A stretch of 64,000 bases of DNA from Nemertoderma westbladi (taxonomy: Eukaryota > Animalia > Xenacoelomorpha): positions 46,711-110,710 of the forward strand of contig JAUCBJ010006272.1 in assembly GCA_032718475.1 (NCBI GenBank), read 5' to 3'. Positions 12,401 through 25,841 of this stretch are shown piece after piece; positions within the stretch are counted from its first letter, which is position 1; the number at the start of each line of letters is the position of its first letter. A model generated the notes under the pieces. The model was not told the DNA's origin and ran no database searches. It was given only the letters and a program-made list of their open reading frames with translations. The position numbers were made by a program, and so were the translations under genes.

Positions 12401-13712
12401 GGCTCGAGATGATCCTGAAAGCCTGGATGGTCATCCAGTACTCCACCGGTTTTAGGTTGAGATCTCCTTCAGGCCACCACAGAAATCATAGGCTGTCTCG
12501 ATCCCTATCCAGCGCCTTGACTTGTAAGAACATGCCTTCTATAACCGAAGCGAAAGCGATAGAATATTGCCGTAATCTTAATAGTATTCCCAACAAGGAT
12601 TGAAGTAAGTTGGGTCCCGGCAATAATTCCGAGTTCAGGGATTGACCCATGTAAAGGGCGGAGCCGTCGAACACTACCCGGACTTCGTTGGGTTTACCGG
12701 GTTTGGGAACGTAATGATGTGTTAGATAATACGTTATCTCTGTGATGGGTGTTTCTTCCAGTACTCGCTCCACGTATCCCTTATCGATAAATTTCTTCAG
12801 CTGGGTCTTATACATTTCCCTGGCTGAGACATTGGCCGTAAGACGCCGATGTAGTTGCGCGATTCTCTTTTCCGCTAAGGGTCGGTTATTTATAAAGTTG
12901 GGTTCTCGCCGTCGGAACGGAAGACCAATCTCATAGCGATCTTCATCTTTAAGAAAACGGGTAGTCGTTTCCTGAATCTGTTTGGCTCTCTCTTCCTCGA
13001 CGGACAAGGCCTTGTCGTAGGAATTAGGCTCTACGGCTTCTTGAGTAAAGAATCGTACGGTGTGTTCATTGCGAATCTTGTTATTGTATCGATCTATCGC
13101 TTCATTTAATTCGTCGTTGTAGGTGAATTGTCCGCCATGATTGATGAGATGGCATAGGTTTACTTGGTTTAACCAAGCGTCATTTTCGGTGAGGAGGTCG
13201 ATTGTATTTTCCTCGTCATATAATTGGTTAATATCGTCATTATCTGAGGAGTATGGTGTTCCCTCAGTTGTGGTTTCTCCCTCACTGATTTCTTCTTCCC
13301 ATTCACTCACCTGATGTATCCTTTCTTGAGGGAGTCTTTCCATCAGTGTTCTATGGGAAGGTCCAGTGAAGTACCAACCTACTCTCGTTCTTCCCGCGTA
13401 TGTTTGTAATGGTAGCGGTCGAGCAGGCCGTTTTTCTAATGTCTCAAGCGCCTCATGCGCATTTTGGCCGATTAATATCTGCACCCCTGGGTAGTCGGTG
13501 TTGAATCTAGGGATATCATGCTGCTGGGTAAAATGGTCTTCATCCCAGTTGTAAGGTTCCACTTGGCTGGTAGCAAAGTTCTTTATCGCCACCATTTTTA
13601 CTGACCTTATGCTATGTTCTCCTAGTTCATCCTGGGGAGTGGACAACGCACCCACATAGTAATCTGTAGCTACTGTGGATTTCCAAACCTGCATAATTCC
13701 TGAAAGGTTCAA
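9415..13712 (-). pseudogene. BEL/Pao pol (RT, RNase H, integrase), disrupted
   Basis: RT motifs RVVFDGS, SLNSELLPGPNL and YMDD. RNase H LHVFGDASD and the NPADIASRG motif. Integrase H...H..CIPC, VDLFGP, SDKGTNF and WERLIRSVK, followed by the C-terminal GDMVLI...W..GRI..T....D.LVRSV segment. Multiple stops and frameshifts. Confidence 0.93.
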
Positions 13713-13753
13713 GTTAGTTCGGAACTTGGGTTGTCCAGCAAAGATGTCTTCAG

Positions 13754-16700
13754 CTAGTTCTTTTCGATGAATGTACCTGTGCTGCCGGAGTCAAGGAGGG
13801 CGTTTACTATCAGACTCTTCCCTAGCCCGTGGACTCTCAGCTGCACCACGGGGAATTCCCGGATTCCAACGTTGGAAGTTGGCGCTTTCCAACATGGTTG
13901 TCGGTCCGGAATAGTCAGTTGAGGCTCTTCATTATCAGTTTCAGTCTCATACGTAAGTGCTCGATACACTGCGGTGTTTATCATATAACAGGATTCCTTT
14001 TCGTCGGGGAATTCGTCCATGTAGAATCCTTCCATCTCAGAGCTGTGGTCAGTGTCGTTCACATCACTGAATTGAACATGTAGTTTGGGCTCACTTACCT
14101 GACTCGTGCGGGTTCTGTCAAATTCTGTGTGCAGCAAGATATGATGTTTCGCGCCGCACTTAGCACACCTCGCGTCTGAGTAACAGGTCCGCCGTTGGTG
14201 TCCTTGTCTGAGACAATTATAACACAACCGCTTATCCCACATGACATCACGTCTATCCTTTAGGGATTTCTTCAAGAATTCATCACATCCACTCAAGCGA
14301 TGGGGCCCGTCGCACAATGCACATTTGGGTTTGATATTACTTACTTTAACCTGTGTGGTGTTGTGCACACTTGTTCTTTCCTCGGGCTTTCTTCCATGAA
14401 TTCTCTTAGGAGACGTAGGAGGAGTTGTTGTTACCTGTTCTCTCCTGTCACTGGTTCGAGACTTAAGATTTACTTACGTCTTTCCATGTTTTGTTGACAT
14501 AATAAGATGTTTCGGTGTCTTTCCCGCTGTTCTCCTCGTGGGAGGTCTGGCTTTCGCCGTCGTCTGTATAACATACTGGTGTTACCTTTCTCCTAGAAAC
14601 GGGTTTTTCACTCACCTTATTTTCCGGTGTCTTCTCTTGGGACTGCTTTAGGAGCTGTAATTTTACTTCTCCATTTAAGAATGCCATGAGATCAGCCATG
14701 GTAGGGTCTCTTTGTTGCTGGTCCATCATATAGAGAACTCTTTTGTCCCAACGAGTACCTACTCCACCCTTTGGCAAAGTAGATGCTACAGCTCCAACAA
14801 CCATGGAACTCTGATATTCCTGAGACTTACCTAACCAATCTAGTTGTCTACAGATCTCCTGAATCTCATCGGAAAACTCTATAATCCCGCTGTTAAGAAA
14901 CTTTCGGGGCGCTACTAATTTCGCATACAAATACCTAGCTATGTTAGTCCTATTACCATACCTGATGTTGAGTGTATCCCAAACTTGTCTTAATCCATCT
15001 GGATGTCCAATAAACTTTAACGCCATTAACTTGGGAGGTCCTTCCAAGCACTCGATGAGGAATCTAAGTTTCTCTCCATTAGATAGTACAGAGTTCTGTA
15101 TGTTATCTTTATAATATTCATTAAAAGGTAACCATTTCATCTCATCTCCATTGAACTCGACGACCTCTCCCACCTTTACCGCTTGACGGGCTTCGGTTCT
15201 AGCCATTTGACGCGTAAAACTTTCTTGGGCCATCGTATTATTTAATATCGATTTATTGGTATATAAATTTCTCGGATTATGATCAGGTCTATATGGAATA
15301 TCATTATCAACAAGTTTATAATTACCCTTAATAGGGTTTACTATAGGAGTTCCTACTTCACTAGCAGTATAGATGCGTGTAGGCTCAGCACCTTGCGCAT
15401 GAAATACTTCAGACCTAACAGGTTGACACATTGTTACAGGGGGTGGTGGTATACCCCTTTGTATATTTACTAATTTATCACGTTCCAAAGCAATACTCTG
15501 CTGCACTTCTTGCAACTCTAACTTACTCTCTCTTACTGTTCCCTTTAACTGCTGAACTGCCAACTCTCGGACCTGCTGGGAAGAACGTTTTTGTTGTTCT
15601 TCTAGCTGCCCGAGCAGGCGGTCCATCCCCCACCATCCCTCGTCTACCCACTCAACCACTGAAGCGGGAGCCGCCAACATAGTAGCGGGTTGACGCGTAG
15701 GGCCGACGGGCGACAAATCATTTATGTCTTGCTCGGCGTCCAGGGCCGGGAGTAATTCAGGGGCTAGTCTACTGGGCACAGGTAGTTTAGTACTGTGCAA
15801 AAGTACTGTGTATCACCCTCATCGGAGGAGGTAAATCCCTGTCTTCTGGGAGTAGATCAACTCAGTAATTGCATCTGAGTAGCTGTCCTTTGTTTCTTCA
15901 AGTAATCTTGTTTTGCCTGAAGGTTCTCCAGCTCTAGTTGGGTAGTCGCTTCAGACGCTTTCAGTTCTGCTTCTGCCACTGTCGCCTTTCTTTCAGCCTC
16001 TACAGCTGACGCCTTCCTCTCAGATTCTGCCGCTGCCGCTGCCGCTGCCGCTGCCGCTGCCGCTGCCGCTGCCGCTGCCGCTGCCGCTGCCGCTGCCGCT
16101 GCCGCTGCCGCTGCCACTGCCGCTGCCGCTGCCGCTGCCGCTGCCGCTGCCGCTGCCGCTGCCACTGCCGCTGCCGCTGCCGCTGCCGCTGCCGCTGCCG
16201 CTGCCGCTGCCGCTGCCGCTGCCGCTGCCGCTGCCGCTGCCGCTGCCGCTGCCACTGCCGCTGCCGCTTTTCTTTCAGATTCCGCAGCTGCTGCCTTTCT
16301 TTCAGACTCTGCCTCTGCTGCTGACCTTCGGTCTTCTATTTGCCTTTTCTTTATCTGCTTTTCTTGGTCCATCGCTATAAGGATGCTTTCATCAAATTTA
16401 GCCTGTTCCACAGCTAATATTTCCGCATCTAACGAGTCCAACACAAATTTGGCTCCCTCACTATTAGGGTGAAGTCCAGCTAGCCGTCTCCTTAGCTCTT
16501 TGTCTCCTATAAATCGTTGATAGTCCGACAGATAGATGTCAATAGCATCCTTCTTCTGAGGTTTCTCGGATATAACTTCGCTTTCCACCTGAGAAAAGGT
16601 AGTGTCTGTTGATTCTCCGTGGGTCATGCGCTCAGTTAGCTGAGCTTTCCATTGTGTCGTTCCTTGGACTTTATGACTCACCCGTTGGAACCAAGTTTTT

Positions 16701-17499
16701 ACGGCCACTTGCAACGACGTGTCTTGGCTTCTCTTCGAAGCTTCCTCAAAGGCTGAAAGAATCTGATCCGTAAAATTCGTTCATGCACTTGATAAAGCAG
16801 CTCTCCCTGCTCTTGAGGTCCTTGGCGCTGTTGAAATAGGTGTTCCTCTAATCGCTCCAAAGAGCTGAAGAATCCCTGGACATATCCTACTGCCAACCTC
16901 TTCCACACAGCTGGATCTCGAGTGTCCCTTACTACTCCTATCCTGTATAAGTCCTCCCAGGCAGCTTCCGATAAGTTAAACAGGAGTCCGGGTCCGGGGA
17001 AGTTCCATTGCGTCTCAACAATAGACATCAGTTCCTCCATCGTGTATCCCGCATAGCTGTCCCTAGTCGATCGCTTACTTCTCGCCCAATCAATTTGATG
17101 TTCCTCCACCGCGATCAATACTCTAGTGAGTACTGCTCCAGGAAGAATTAGAAGTGGATCTGAATAAACCTCTTCTGCCATCCTTGCTCCGATCTCGGGT
17201 GTCAACTCTACAGTGTCTGAACTACTGGAGTTATCAGGCTGTTGAGAAATAAGTTCTCGGGTCGGGTGCTGCTGCTGTTTAACAGCTGCCTCTTGGTCCC
17301 GCTTGACCTGAGCCCTAGTGCCTATAATAGACCTATGGTGCTTTACTAGCCTAGGGTCTGATAGTACTACTGTAGGGATGACCTTTCTTACAGTAGGAGG
17401 GGACTTGGACTTCGGTCTCAGATTTTCTATACTCCTATCTGAGTCACAGACTGTTCTTTCTAGGAGACTATCTGACAGTGTTTGCTTTGTGTCAGCCAT
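13754..17499 (-). pseudogene. BEL/Pao gag and protease region, frameshifted
   Basis: ATG at 17499 leads into a long N-terminus with a poly-Ala tract. A Pao gag-core-like segment follows (FNGDEMKWLPF...EKLRFLIECLEGPP...LNIRYG), then three Cys/His knuckles (CALCDGPHRLSGC, CYNCLRQGHQRRTC, CAKCGAKHHILLH) and aspartic protease ALLDSGS. Split over four ORFs. Confidence 0.9.
16028..16267. repeat. (GCCGCT)n hexanucleotide microsatellite encoding poly-Ala in gag
   Basis: About 240 bp of TGCCGC repeats with occasional GCCACT units, in frame in ORF 15857-16714. Confidence 0.95.
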
Positions 17500-19337
17500 G
17501 ATTTATTTTACAGTTGAATGCCTACTACTATAACGACAGTTAAAGCATGTCTAGTAATTCAGTATCAACTGTAAGCCTAGTAATTAATGACCGATACCGT
17601 TACTCAGTGTAACGTGATATATGTGTAATATATTAAAATACCGGTATACTTATAGTATATATATAAGTATTATTACAGACTAGGATTAGTCACAGAATAC
17701 CGGTATATAATTTCAGCCTAAATTTATATAAATATATATAATAAGCCTACCATAAATACTGGTAATGTCAATTATTTTATAATAACTGAATTTCTGAATT
17801 TTAGGGTTACTTCCCTTTTTCTTATTACTGTTATTAAGCAGTAGTCCAACTGATATCAAGACCTAATTGATGTATAACAGGCCTACTATTTTATAAATCG
17901 GTTTGAGTTGATTTATAGTATATATATACCCGTACAAGGGTTTTGACAATGTTTGAAATAAATGTTATTATTTCTGGGTAAGGAGTCACTGCACAGAAGC
18001 TGAACGCTCTCAGTGGAGTGCTACTTGTTGGACACTAAAACGAATAATTCTACTTCACTAAGTTACGTATCACTACAAATTACTTACAATTACAGTTTGA
18101 GCTTACAATCTCTAAATAAACAATAACAAGTTAAACGTATAATTTGTTAGGGTGATTTTACAAGAAATCTACAAACTAGCCTAACAAGGAGTTAGAATTT
18201 CTGGTTCTTACAAACTGACAGGAAACTACGGTATTTGAAAACAATAAAGCAGTAGTAAGCAAGTTGCGTTGTCCAGATAAGAAAATACCACCGTCTGACA
18301 ACTTATAGTCTTAGCTCTATAAGTACTACATTATGTACCCGGAGTGTCCTTACCTAGAAGTTAATTACCGCAGCCAACCAGAGCTAACATTCCTATTAAC
18401 CACTTTACAACACAAATATACTGCCTACACACTAAATTACTTTCGGAAAGCACTGTACTCTAAACCCTAAATTAGGTACAAGTACTTATACAACAAATAA
18501 CCAGCAGTTAAATATACTTGAACAGCCAAAAGAACCACGGTATCTGCTGGAGTGACCGGAGCACAAAATCACCAGTCTTTACCTACGCCAAGCAGCCCTG
18601 ATGTAGTACCGGGGTTAATTTAACTATAACGGTATGTATAACAAGCACAATTACTGTAGGAATAAACTTGGGGAGTTGGAGGTTGCGAATACTCGCATAG
18701 ACTCTGAATAATAAATATTACGCTACCCGTGCAGACTATACAAACAAAACACAGACCAAATGCTGGCAGACTACTGTCAAGCCTAAATAAACTACAGTAT
18801 ATGCAGACTCCGAAATGGTTAGTTAGTAGGCGTTCTAACCGAGTAGTACGACTTATTCTTTCGGGGGGATTTACCTTACAACACTGGATGCCCCCACCTT
18901 CCTAACTAGCACTTTATCGGACAGACACTCTATACACACTGCAATCGCTTCAGACCTAACAACAGCCAGACAACAATCCGGCCTACAAATTATTTATACA
19001 ATCTGAGCAGGCTTACATGCCTTCTGCTCAATATTACACTTACAGATAAATAAAACTGACAGAAATAAATAAGCTCTAAAAGAAATAAGGGGTATACAGT
19101 CCCTAATCTCTTAAATAGCCTACCAATATACAATGTATCACAATCGAAATAATACTGGTACCGGTAAGTACCGGTTCGGGTGGTTAGGTAGTTAGGCCTA
19201 CAGTTTACCGTCCGACCGGTACATTAGACTTTATTGCCTACTGTGCAATAAAGAAACCAAATCTATTATTGTTCTTACCAGAACAATAGACAAAATATTT
19301 ATTGCCTACTGTGCAATCAAGAGTTTAAAACTATTAA

Positions 19338-20483
19338 TGTTCGCGCTTTTAGACCTTTACCAGTTTAACCTGCCAATTTTAGTTGTCCTCTTGTTTATAA
19401 ATCGACTTTAGCCTATATCAATTATTTAGTGTACTGAAATTACATCAGCCGAAGCCAGTCGGTGCGCGACCATTCACCCACAGTTAAGGGAGACTGGATT
19501 CGGATGCTTTGATAGTGATTGCAGTGTAGACCTACTGTATTATTCGATTGATTGTTAATATATAATCTCTGACAATATATTTACTTTCGGGGAAATATTA
19601 ACAGTTCCTTTAGGACGTGGCGCTTTAAGTATAAAAACAGAGTTATGACTTATACTAATCACAACTAGATGGCCAAAGAGTTTCGTAAAAAGCGCATTCT
19701 TTAGGAGATGCTTTATTAAACTTCACACGACTTCACACGACTTCACACGACTTCACACGACTTCACACTACTTCACACTACATCGCACTGATCTGCCGAC
19801 CGTCACTGAATTTGATCATATATAAGGAGGATCGCAACTGACACATGTAGGGATTATGAAATAGCATTTAATTCACACAAAAACCACTATAATTTAAGTC
19901 GCAGTTGCTACCGGTAAACCTGTTCCTCTCACCTTCAGTAATCAAGAAGATTGGGGGTTTTATGATTATTCATCGGTATTCTCCAAATATATCAGCAATG
20001 TACATCAATATAACACCAATTAATAACAGAAGCAAAATAATGCGGTGAACAGTCAGTATGTGTTACTTATGCAGTGTTCCATGTGCAGCAATGTTCAATG
20101 TGAATTGCGTTAATAGTTTTACGTTCTTGTAATCAAAGCCATCAGATGTTTAGGCCAAAGTCTGAAACTTCCACAACAGAAGTACAGAAGATTTCCAAGC
20201 CGGTTCTTAGGTTCAGAAAGGTAAACAAAGACGGTAATGCATTGCGCGGTTTTCCATAGGGCCCTGTTCAACATAAAGTGAAAATCGCTCTGATTGGCTG
20301 ACTAGGCAGGACAAAGAAAAGTTCCATGTATACAGGAAATCAGCTGACAGATTTCGTCATCTGAGCTCCAGTCTTTTAGAGTATTATGCACATTGCGGCA
20401 AAATGACTTGTTATGTCCGCTAAAGCACCTATACTGTGCATTGCGGGGAAAAATGACTTGTTATGTCCGCAAAAGCTTTTACA
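19338..20483 (-). repeat. 5' LTR of the BEL/Pao element
   Basis: Direct repeat of 4292-5417 with scattered substitutions and more copies of an internal CTTCACACGA/CTTCACACTA 10-mer. No canonical TGG-initiated PBS is visible next to it. Confidence 0.95.
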
Positions 20484-20859
20484 CAGCACGTGGGAATTTT
20501 ATACGTATCTACTGTAGCATACAATAGCATCGAGCAATCTTTCAATGTAAACAAAATGATATAAATTATCTCAATGCAGCAACAATAAGTTAACATATTC
20601 ATAAAAATCATTATGCAATTGTATAGGCACTGACTGTAGTTAATTATATTTTGTAAAATTAAAAGTAAAGTAAGTTTTCTGCGGCCGTAAGACCAGGGTT
20701 GTTATTTACAAAGTCTGGCGACTTATTTCCAGTGCGGTCTCGCCAGAGGAAACTCCTGTACTTATTTAGCTACTATTTAATGATGCAAATGCACGGCAGA
20801 GGTGCGCCCTATCTAGACCCTTCAAATCATTCGTGCCGAAACGAAAACTGCCTCGGCCC

Positions 20860-20935
20860 TCATGATGCGGGCGGGTGTTGAACCCACGACCTCCCAGAGT
20901 TGTGAATTCAATGCAACCACTACACCAAGGCAGGT
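20860..20935 (-). mobile_element. tRNA-derived SINE-like head
   Basis: The minus strand reads CCTTGGTGTAGTGGTT (A-box-like)...GGGTTCAACACCC (B-box-like). Confidence 0.5.
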
Positions 20936-21060
20936 GGTTGAAAATATTGTTCCCTTATTGAATATCCACGAGATCGTTACACATTAAATTTTTATTATAC
21001 AATATTTTCCCTCAGCAGCCTCTATGTACTTTATATGTTGTTGTTATTAACAACATTCAG

Positions 21061-21251
21061 GTCAGCAGACATCCTTCCTCACGATGATGCAGCTCAAGGA
21101 TTGTCTACAACGAGCCACGGAATTTTCCGCCCAGACGACGCTGTACAGGAAAGATCGATCTAACTTCTCGGCGAATATATTCATGGCCCCGGTGAAGAAC
21201 GATGCCGGCGAACTAACTATGTTCCTAGTTAACATTGATGACCTAACGGAG
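21061..21251 (+). CDS. KCNH2: ERG-type K+ channel, coding exon 2 (PAS/PAC)
   Basis: Acceptor ttcag at 21060. The phase-1 join gives DFLV-GQQTSF...LYRKDRSNF...PVKNDAGELTMFLVNIDD (cf. YRKDG...PVKNEDGAVIMFILNFE). Donor GAG|GTTGGT, phase 0. Confidence 0.9.
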
Positions 21252-22617
21252 GTTGGTATTAGCGATCTACCCATCTAATAATAATGTTGCTTTATGATTT
21301 GTTGTTTGTTGTTGTATGTTTTGCTTTATGATAGAAACTTATTCCATTTCCCCGACATGTCAAAAAGAAATTCACAATTCAATGATAATAAATAAATAGT
21401 GCAAGAGATGGTGTAAATCGAGGAAATAAAGTGATTTTGATTCTGTTTTTTTCACCATGATAATTATTTTGAACTGAATATACAGTAGGAAGCTACTTTA
21501 TTTTAATATGTAATTTGTTTTTTTGCATTCTATTTTAGGTTATTACAGGAATAACACTTTACAAATTGCTGTTCCTTATCGTGGCGTGTCTAGTATTTCA
21601 GGACTTTGACACTCATTTAGGATCTCTGTAAAAATCAGTTAGTAAGAGCAACCTTACCTGATTTAATATTATATCAATGCCCCCCCCCCCCCCTCCCCCC
21701 CCCCCCCCATCCCCACACCACCCCCTCATCCCCTCCAAGACCCATGCGTAGGTATTGTTATTTTGAATACTTTAAATACCGGCAAGCCGACATATAAACT
21801 TATGTATTAAAGTTTATCATATATCGACGGCAGAAAAATATTAGCATTTCTTAACTCATTGGTATAGTAAGGCAAAAAGAGGGTTGTCCCCAATTTCGAC
21901 CTACAGCAAATTTGTTTGGACGCAGGTGTATTTCCAGCCCAATTTTCAATAAATCAATTATATTATAATTTAATTCTGAGAAAATTAATTAAGTAAATAG
22001 TACATAGGAAATAGTAAATAACACTACCTGCAAGGCTCTTTCGAAAACCCATATAATAGCAATGTGGAGTCCGAGTTATTAATTGATTTAGTGATTGACG
22101 TTAATAGAACGGATTGTCCGATTTGTTGACATTTATTTATGAAGTTTGTTGGCGGATATTATACAGGAGACAATATCTGTTGATGCCGTTGAATAATAAT
22201 TACTCCGCGTTATTTCTGCCATTATTATTAGAGTAGGAATAAAAATGTATCGATATTTCTGATATTATTCAACATTCGATTTATTCTCAGGCCTATTCTG
22301 AGCGTGAGCGAAATGCTATTATATCTCAGTCGGCCTACTGTAATAGTGTATGATGATGCCATATTAGTGACCAGTCCTAAGTGCGAGCCAGTGAGCGAAA
22401 ATTATTTTAAATTGATGAAAACAAAGGAGTCCGCGTAAAATTTTCTGAAATTTCCTCTTTTACTTTTTTGTCATTCAGAAAAAACTGAAACGCAAACCAA
22501 TCTATCAATACAAAAGTGTTGAAGTAATTCACTAATTAAGTAGAAGCAGCACTACATACAGTAGAACACACCCAAACAAAATACTCGTCCAACAGCAACT
22601 GTCATCGTTACCGGTAC

Positions 22618-24683
22618 CAGGGTCGCATTAAGCCGGTGGGAGGCCTGGGGCCCACTTAGAAGGGAGGCCCGGGGCCCACTTAGAAGGGAGGCCCGGGGCC
22701 CACTTAGAAGGGAGGCCCGGGGCCCACTTAGAAGGGAGGCCCGGGGCCCACTTAGAAGGGAGGCCCGGTGCCCACTTAGAAGGGAGGCCTGGGGCCCACT
22801 TAGAAGGGAGGCCTGGGGCCCACTTAGAAGGGAGGCCTGGGGCCCACTTAGAAGGGAGGCCTGGGGCCCACTTAGAAGGGAGGCCTGGGGCCCACTTAGA
22901 AGGGAGGCCCGGGGCCCACTTAGAAGGGAGGCCTGGGGCCCACTTAGAAGGGAGGCCTGGGGCCCACTTGGAAGGGAGGCCTGGGGCCCACTTAGAAGGG
23001 AGGCCTGGGGCCCACTTAGAAGGGAGGCCTGGGGCCCACTTGGAAGGGAGGCCTGGGGCCCACTTGGAAGGGAGGCCTGGGGCCCACTTAGAAGGGAGGC
23101 CCGGGGCCCACTTAGAAGGGAGGCCCGGGGCCCACTTAGAAGGGAGGCCTGGGGCCCACTTAGAAGGGAGGCCTGGGGCCCACTTAGAAGGGAGGCCTGG
23201 GGCCCACTTAGAAGGGAGGCCTGGGGCCCACTTAGAAGGGAGGCCTGGGGCCCACTTAGAAGGGAGGCCCGGGGCCCACTTAGAAGGGAGGCCCGGGGCC
23301 CACTTAGAAGGGAGGCCTGGGGCCCACTTATAAGGGAGGCCTGGGGCCCACTTAGAAGGGAGGCCTGGGGCCCACTTAGAAGGGAGGCCTGGGGCCCACT
23401 TGGAAGGGAGGCCTGGGGCCCACTTGGAAGGGAGGCCTGGGGCCCACTTGGAAGGGAGGCCTGGGGCCCACTTGGAAGGGAGGCCCGGGGCCCACTTAGA
23501 AGGGAGGCCCGGGGCCCACTTAGAAGGGAGGCCTGGGGCCCACTTAGAAGGGAGGCCTGGGGCCCACTTAGAAGGGAGGCCTGGGGCCCACTTAGAAGGG
23601 AGGCCTGGGGCCCACTTAGAAGGGAGGCCTGGGGCCCACTTAGAAGGGAGGCCTGGGGCCCACTTGGAAGGGAGGCCTGGGGCCCACTTGGAAGGGAGGC
23701 CTGGGGCCCACTTGGAAGGGAGGCCTGGGGCCCACTTGGAAGGGAGGCCTGGGGCCCACTTGGAAGGGAGGCCTGGGGCCCACTTGGAAGGGAGGCCTGG
23801 GGCCCACTTGGAAGGGAGGCCCGGGGCCCACTTAGAAGGGAGGCCCCCCTCGCCAATTATCCTATTACATACAGTGGCGTAGCCAGGATTTGTAAATCTG
23901 GGGGAGGGGGGAGGGGGGGGGGGGGATCTGAGGATCTGGGCCTGGGCGAGCAAAGCATGCAAAACCAACCAAAATCTTCAAGCAGATTTGGTCCCCCTTC
24001 GCGGAATTTGTCCCACAAATTGTATTGTTGTCAGATGGTTTAATTATGGCCAGGCAGTTTAGTTTGGGGGTTCAACATGAATCTTAAACGTAGGCCTAAA
24101 AAATAACTGTGGCTACTTTATTATACAGAACTCCAGTCCGCGGACCAACAACCAGTATAATGACGTAAATATGACATTACGATACGACCACAACTTGCTA
24201 ACTTTCTGAACTTCGGTTTGGATTCGGTTCGGTTCGGCCCGAACTTTGCCCTGCTTCGGTTCGGCTTCGGCATCGGCCCCATATCTGTTGAACCCTAGAT
24301 CGGACTTACTCCTGCTTACAGGATTTGCTTGCAATCCATTCCTGTTAGGCCTAGGCCTATTTTAAACAGATAGTTATACTACCGGTCCGGTAAGGTTAGG
24401 GAACAATTTTTTTCAGTTTGAGACGATGTTTAAACTATCATACAGGATAGGCCTACAGCAAGCAACCAATAATAGAGATTATGAAACATAATAATGGACT
24501 AGGAAGCCCCAGGAGATTCTCAATACAAGGGCACCAGCAGCACATAATGGAATTTAATGAAAAACTAAAAAGTAATCAAATGATTTGTGCCAGTAATTTT
24601 AGTTAAATTCGGGGAAAAATTCAAAGTCATATAATTATATTATAATTTATGGCCGTATTGGTGGGGACCTTAATCCGGCCCTG
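22618..24683. mobile_element. Non-autonomous hAT-like TIR element containing an expanded minisatellite
   Basis: TIRs CAGGGTCGCATTAAG and CTTAATCCGGCCCTG. 8-bp TSD ACCGGTAC (22610-22617) and ACCAGTAC (24684-24691), one mismatch. Confidence 0.75.
22638..23846. repeat. 24-bp GC-rich minisatellite, about 50 copies
   Basis: Unit GGGAGGCC(T/C)GGGGCCCACTT(A/G)GAA, head to tail with no spacers. Confidence 0.97.
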
Positions 24684-25591
24684 ACCAGTACGTCCTTCCC
24701 GAAATATATCTCACTTAACTACAAACATATTATTGATCTTTACTTTATTTTACTTTACTTTATTTTATTTTAGTTATTTAATTAATTATATCCTAAAATT
24801 GTATTTATTTTACAACGAATAAGACTAAACGATCAATTACTCGCGATTTCATTGGTTATACATATATTTAGGGGGAGGGGGGATTTATACCATTGATCTT
24901 ATTATTTTAGTAATTTAATAATAAACAAACTTTACTAATTAATTTCACACAATTTTAAGGATTACAAAGTTTCGGCCAATTTTGTGTGTTTCTGCTAAAC
25001 ATTTGATAATGTTTGCCGTTTACGCCTGAAATGGAACGGACTTTATCTTATAGATTTCATATCTTTTTGGAGTAAAATCGGATTAATTTGTGATCTCGAA
25101 ACTCGACTTCTTCCAACAAATCTAAATGTTAAATTGGTTTATTTTTTGGTTTATTCCGTTAAATGTAAACAAACAGTAATAAATTATCTATTGATCGAAA
25201 TAAAATATTATTGTGCGAATAAGTTTACCACCCAGGACTAAGTAAGTGTTACGTGTAGGCAAGACTCATAGTTCAGCTTGTAACATTATGTTGCTACAAA
25301 AGGCCAATATACATACCACCTGTCCCTTTTCCATATGCAATCAATATTTTCCTAGTGCGACTTCTCTTGAATTAATTATAAAGTACATTCTCGCTCATTT
25401 CTTACTCTGTAGAAATATGCGGCAATATTACATATAATTAGATTGAGTTATCATTAATTTGCGGTATTTTTAGCTGTACTACTACCGTACTGTATTTACA
25501 AACTACTGGGTAATTATGCTACATAACCACTATAATATTTCTCTAATATATCGCGAATAATCGCTGCTTTGCCCCATAAGTTATATAGAGA

Positions 25592-25841
25592 TATGGCGGA
25601 TTGTAAACCCAATAACTTCCACAGCCTAACAAAGACTCAGCTGCAGAGACTTACAAAAGACCAACTGGTTGATATTCTCGACGCAGTTTATTCAACCCAC
25701 GCCGGGGAACGTGTTGATCTCAACGATCGTTTGGATAAACTGGAGAAGTCAATAGAATCGACAGTAAAGAACGCCATCAAACCTCTAAAACTGCAAGTCG
25801 CCCATCTAAACTCCCAATTAGATAAATGTCATTTCATGTAG
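25592..25841 (+). pseudogene. Possible LINE ORF1-like N-terminal coiled-coil fragment
   Basis: MADCKP...LQRLTKDQLVDIL...LNDRLDKLEKSIE...LQVAHLNSQLD shows a heptad pattern and ends abruptly. No RT follows. Confidence 0.3.

Larger units (their letters stand above)
4292..20483 (-). mobile_element. Full-length BEL/Pao LTR retrotransposon (16.2 kb) in ERG intron 1
   Basis: Two ~1.13-kb direct repeats with TG...CA ends, and a 5-bp TSD CAGCA (4287-4291, 20484-20488). Gag, protease, RT, RNase H and integrase occur in BEL/Pao order on the minus strand. Confidence 0.96.

Noticed and set aside
10188-17533. Plus-strand ORFs over the BEL/Pao internal region
   Set aside because: Antisense shadows of gag-pol coding sequence.
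22552-23968. Long repetitive ORFs (GPQASLLS, KWAPGLPS, EGRPGAHL) or a CRISPR-like array
   Set aside because: These are artefacts of a 24-bp stop-free tandem repeat open in several frames on both strands. There are no unique spacers or cas genes, and the context is eukaryotic.
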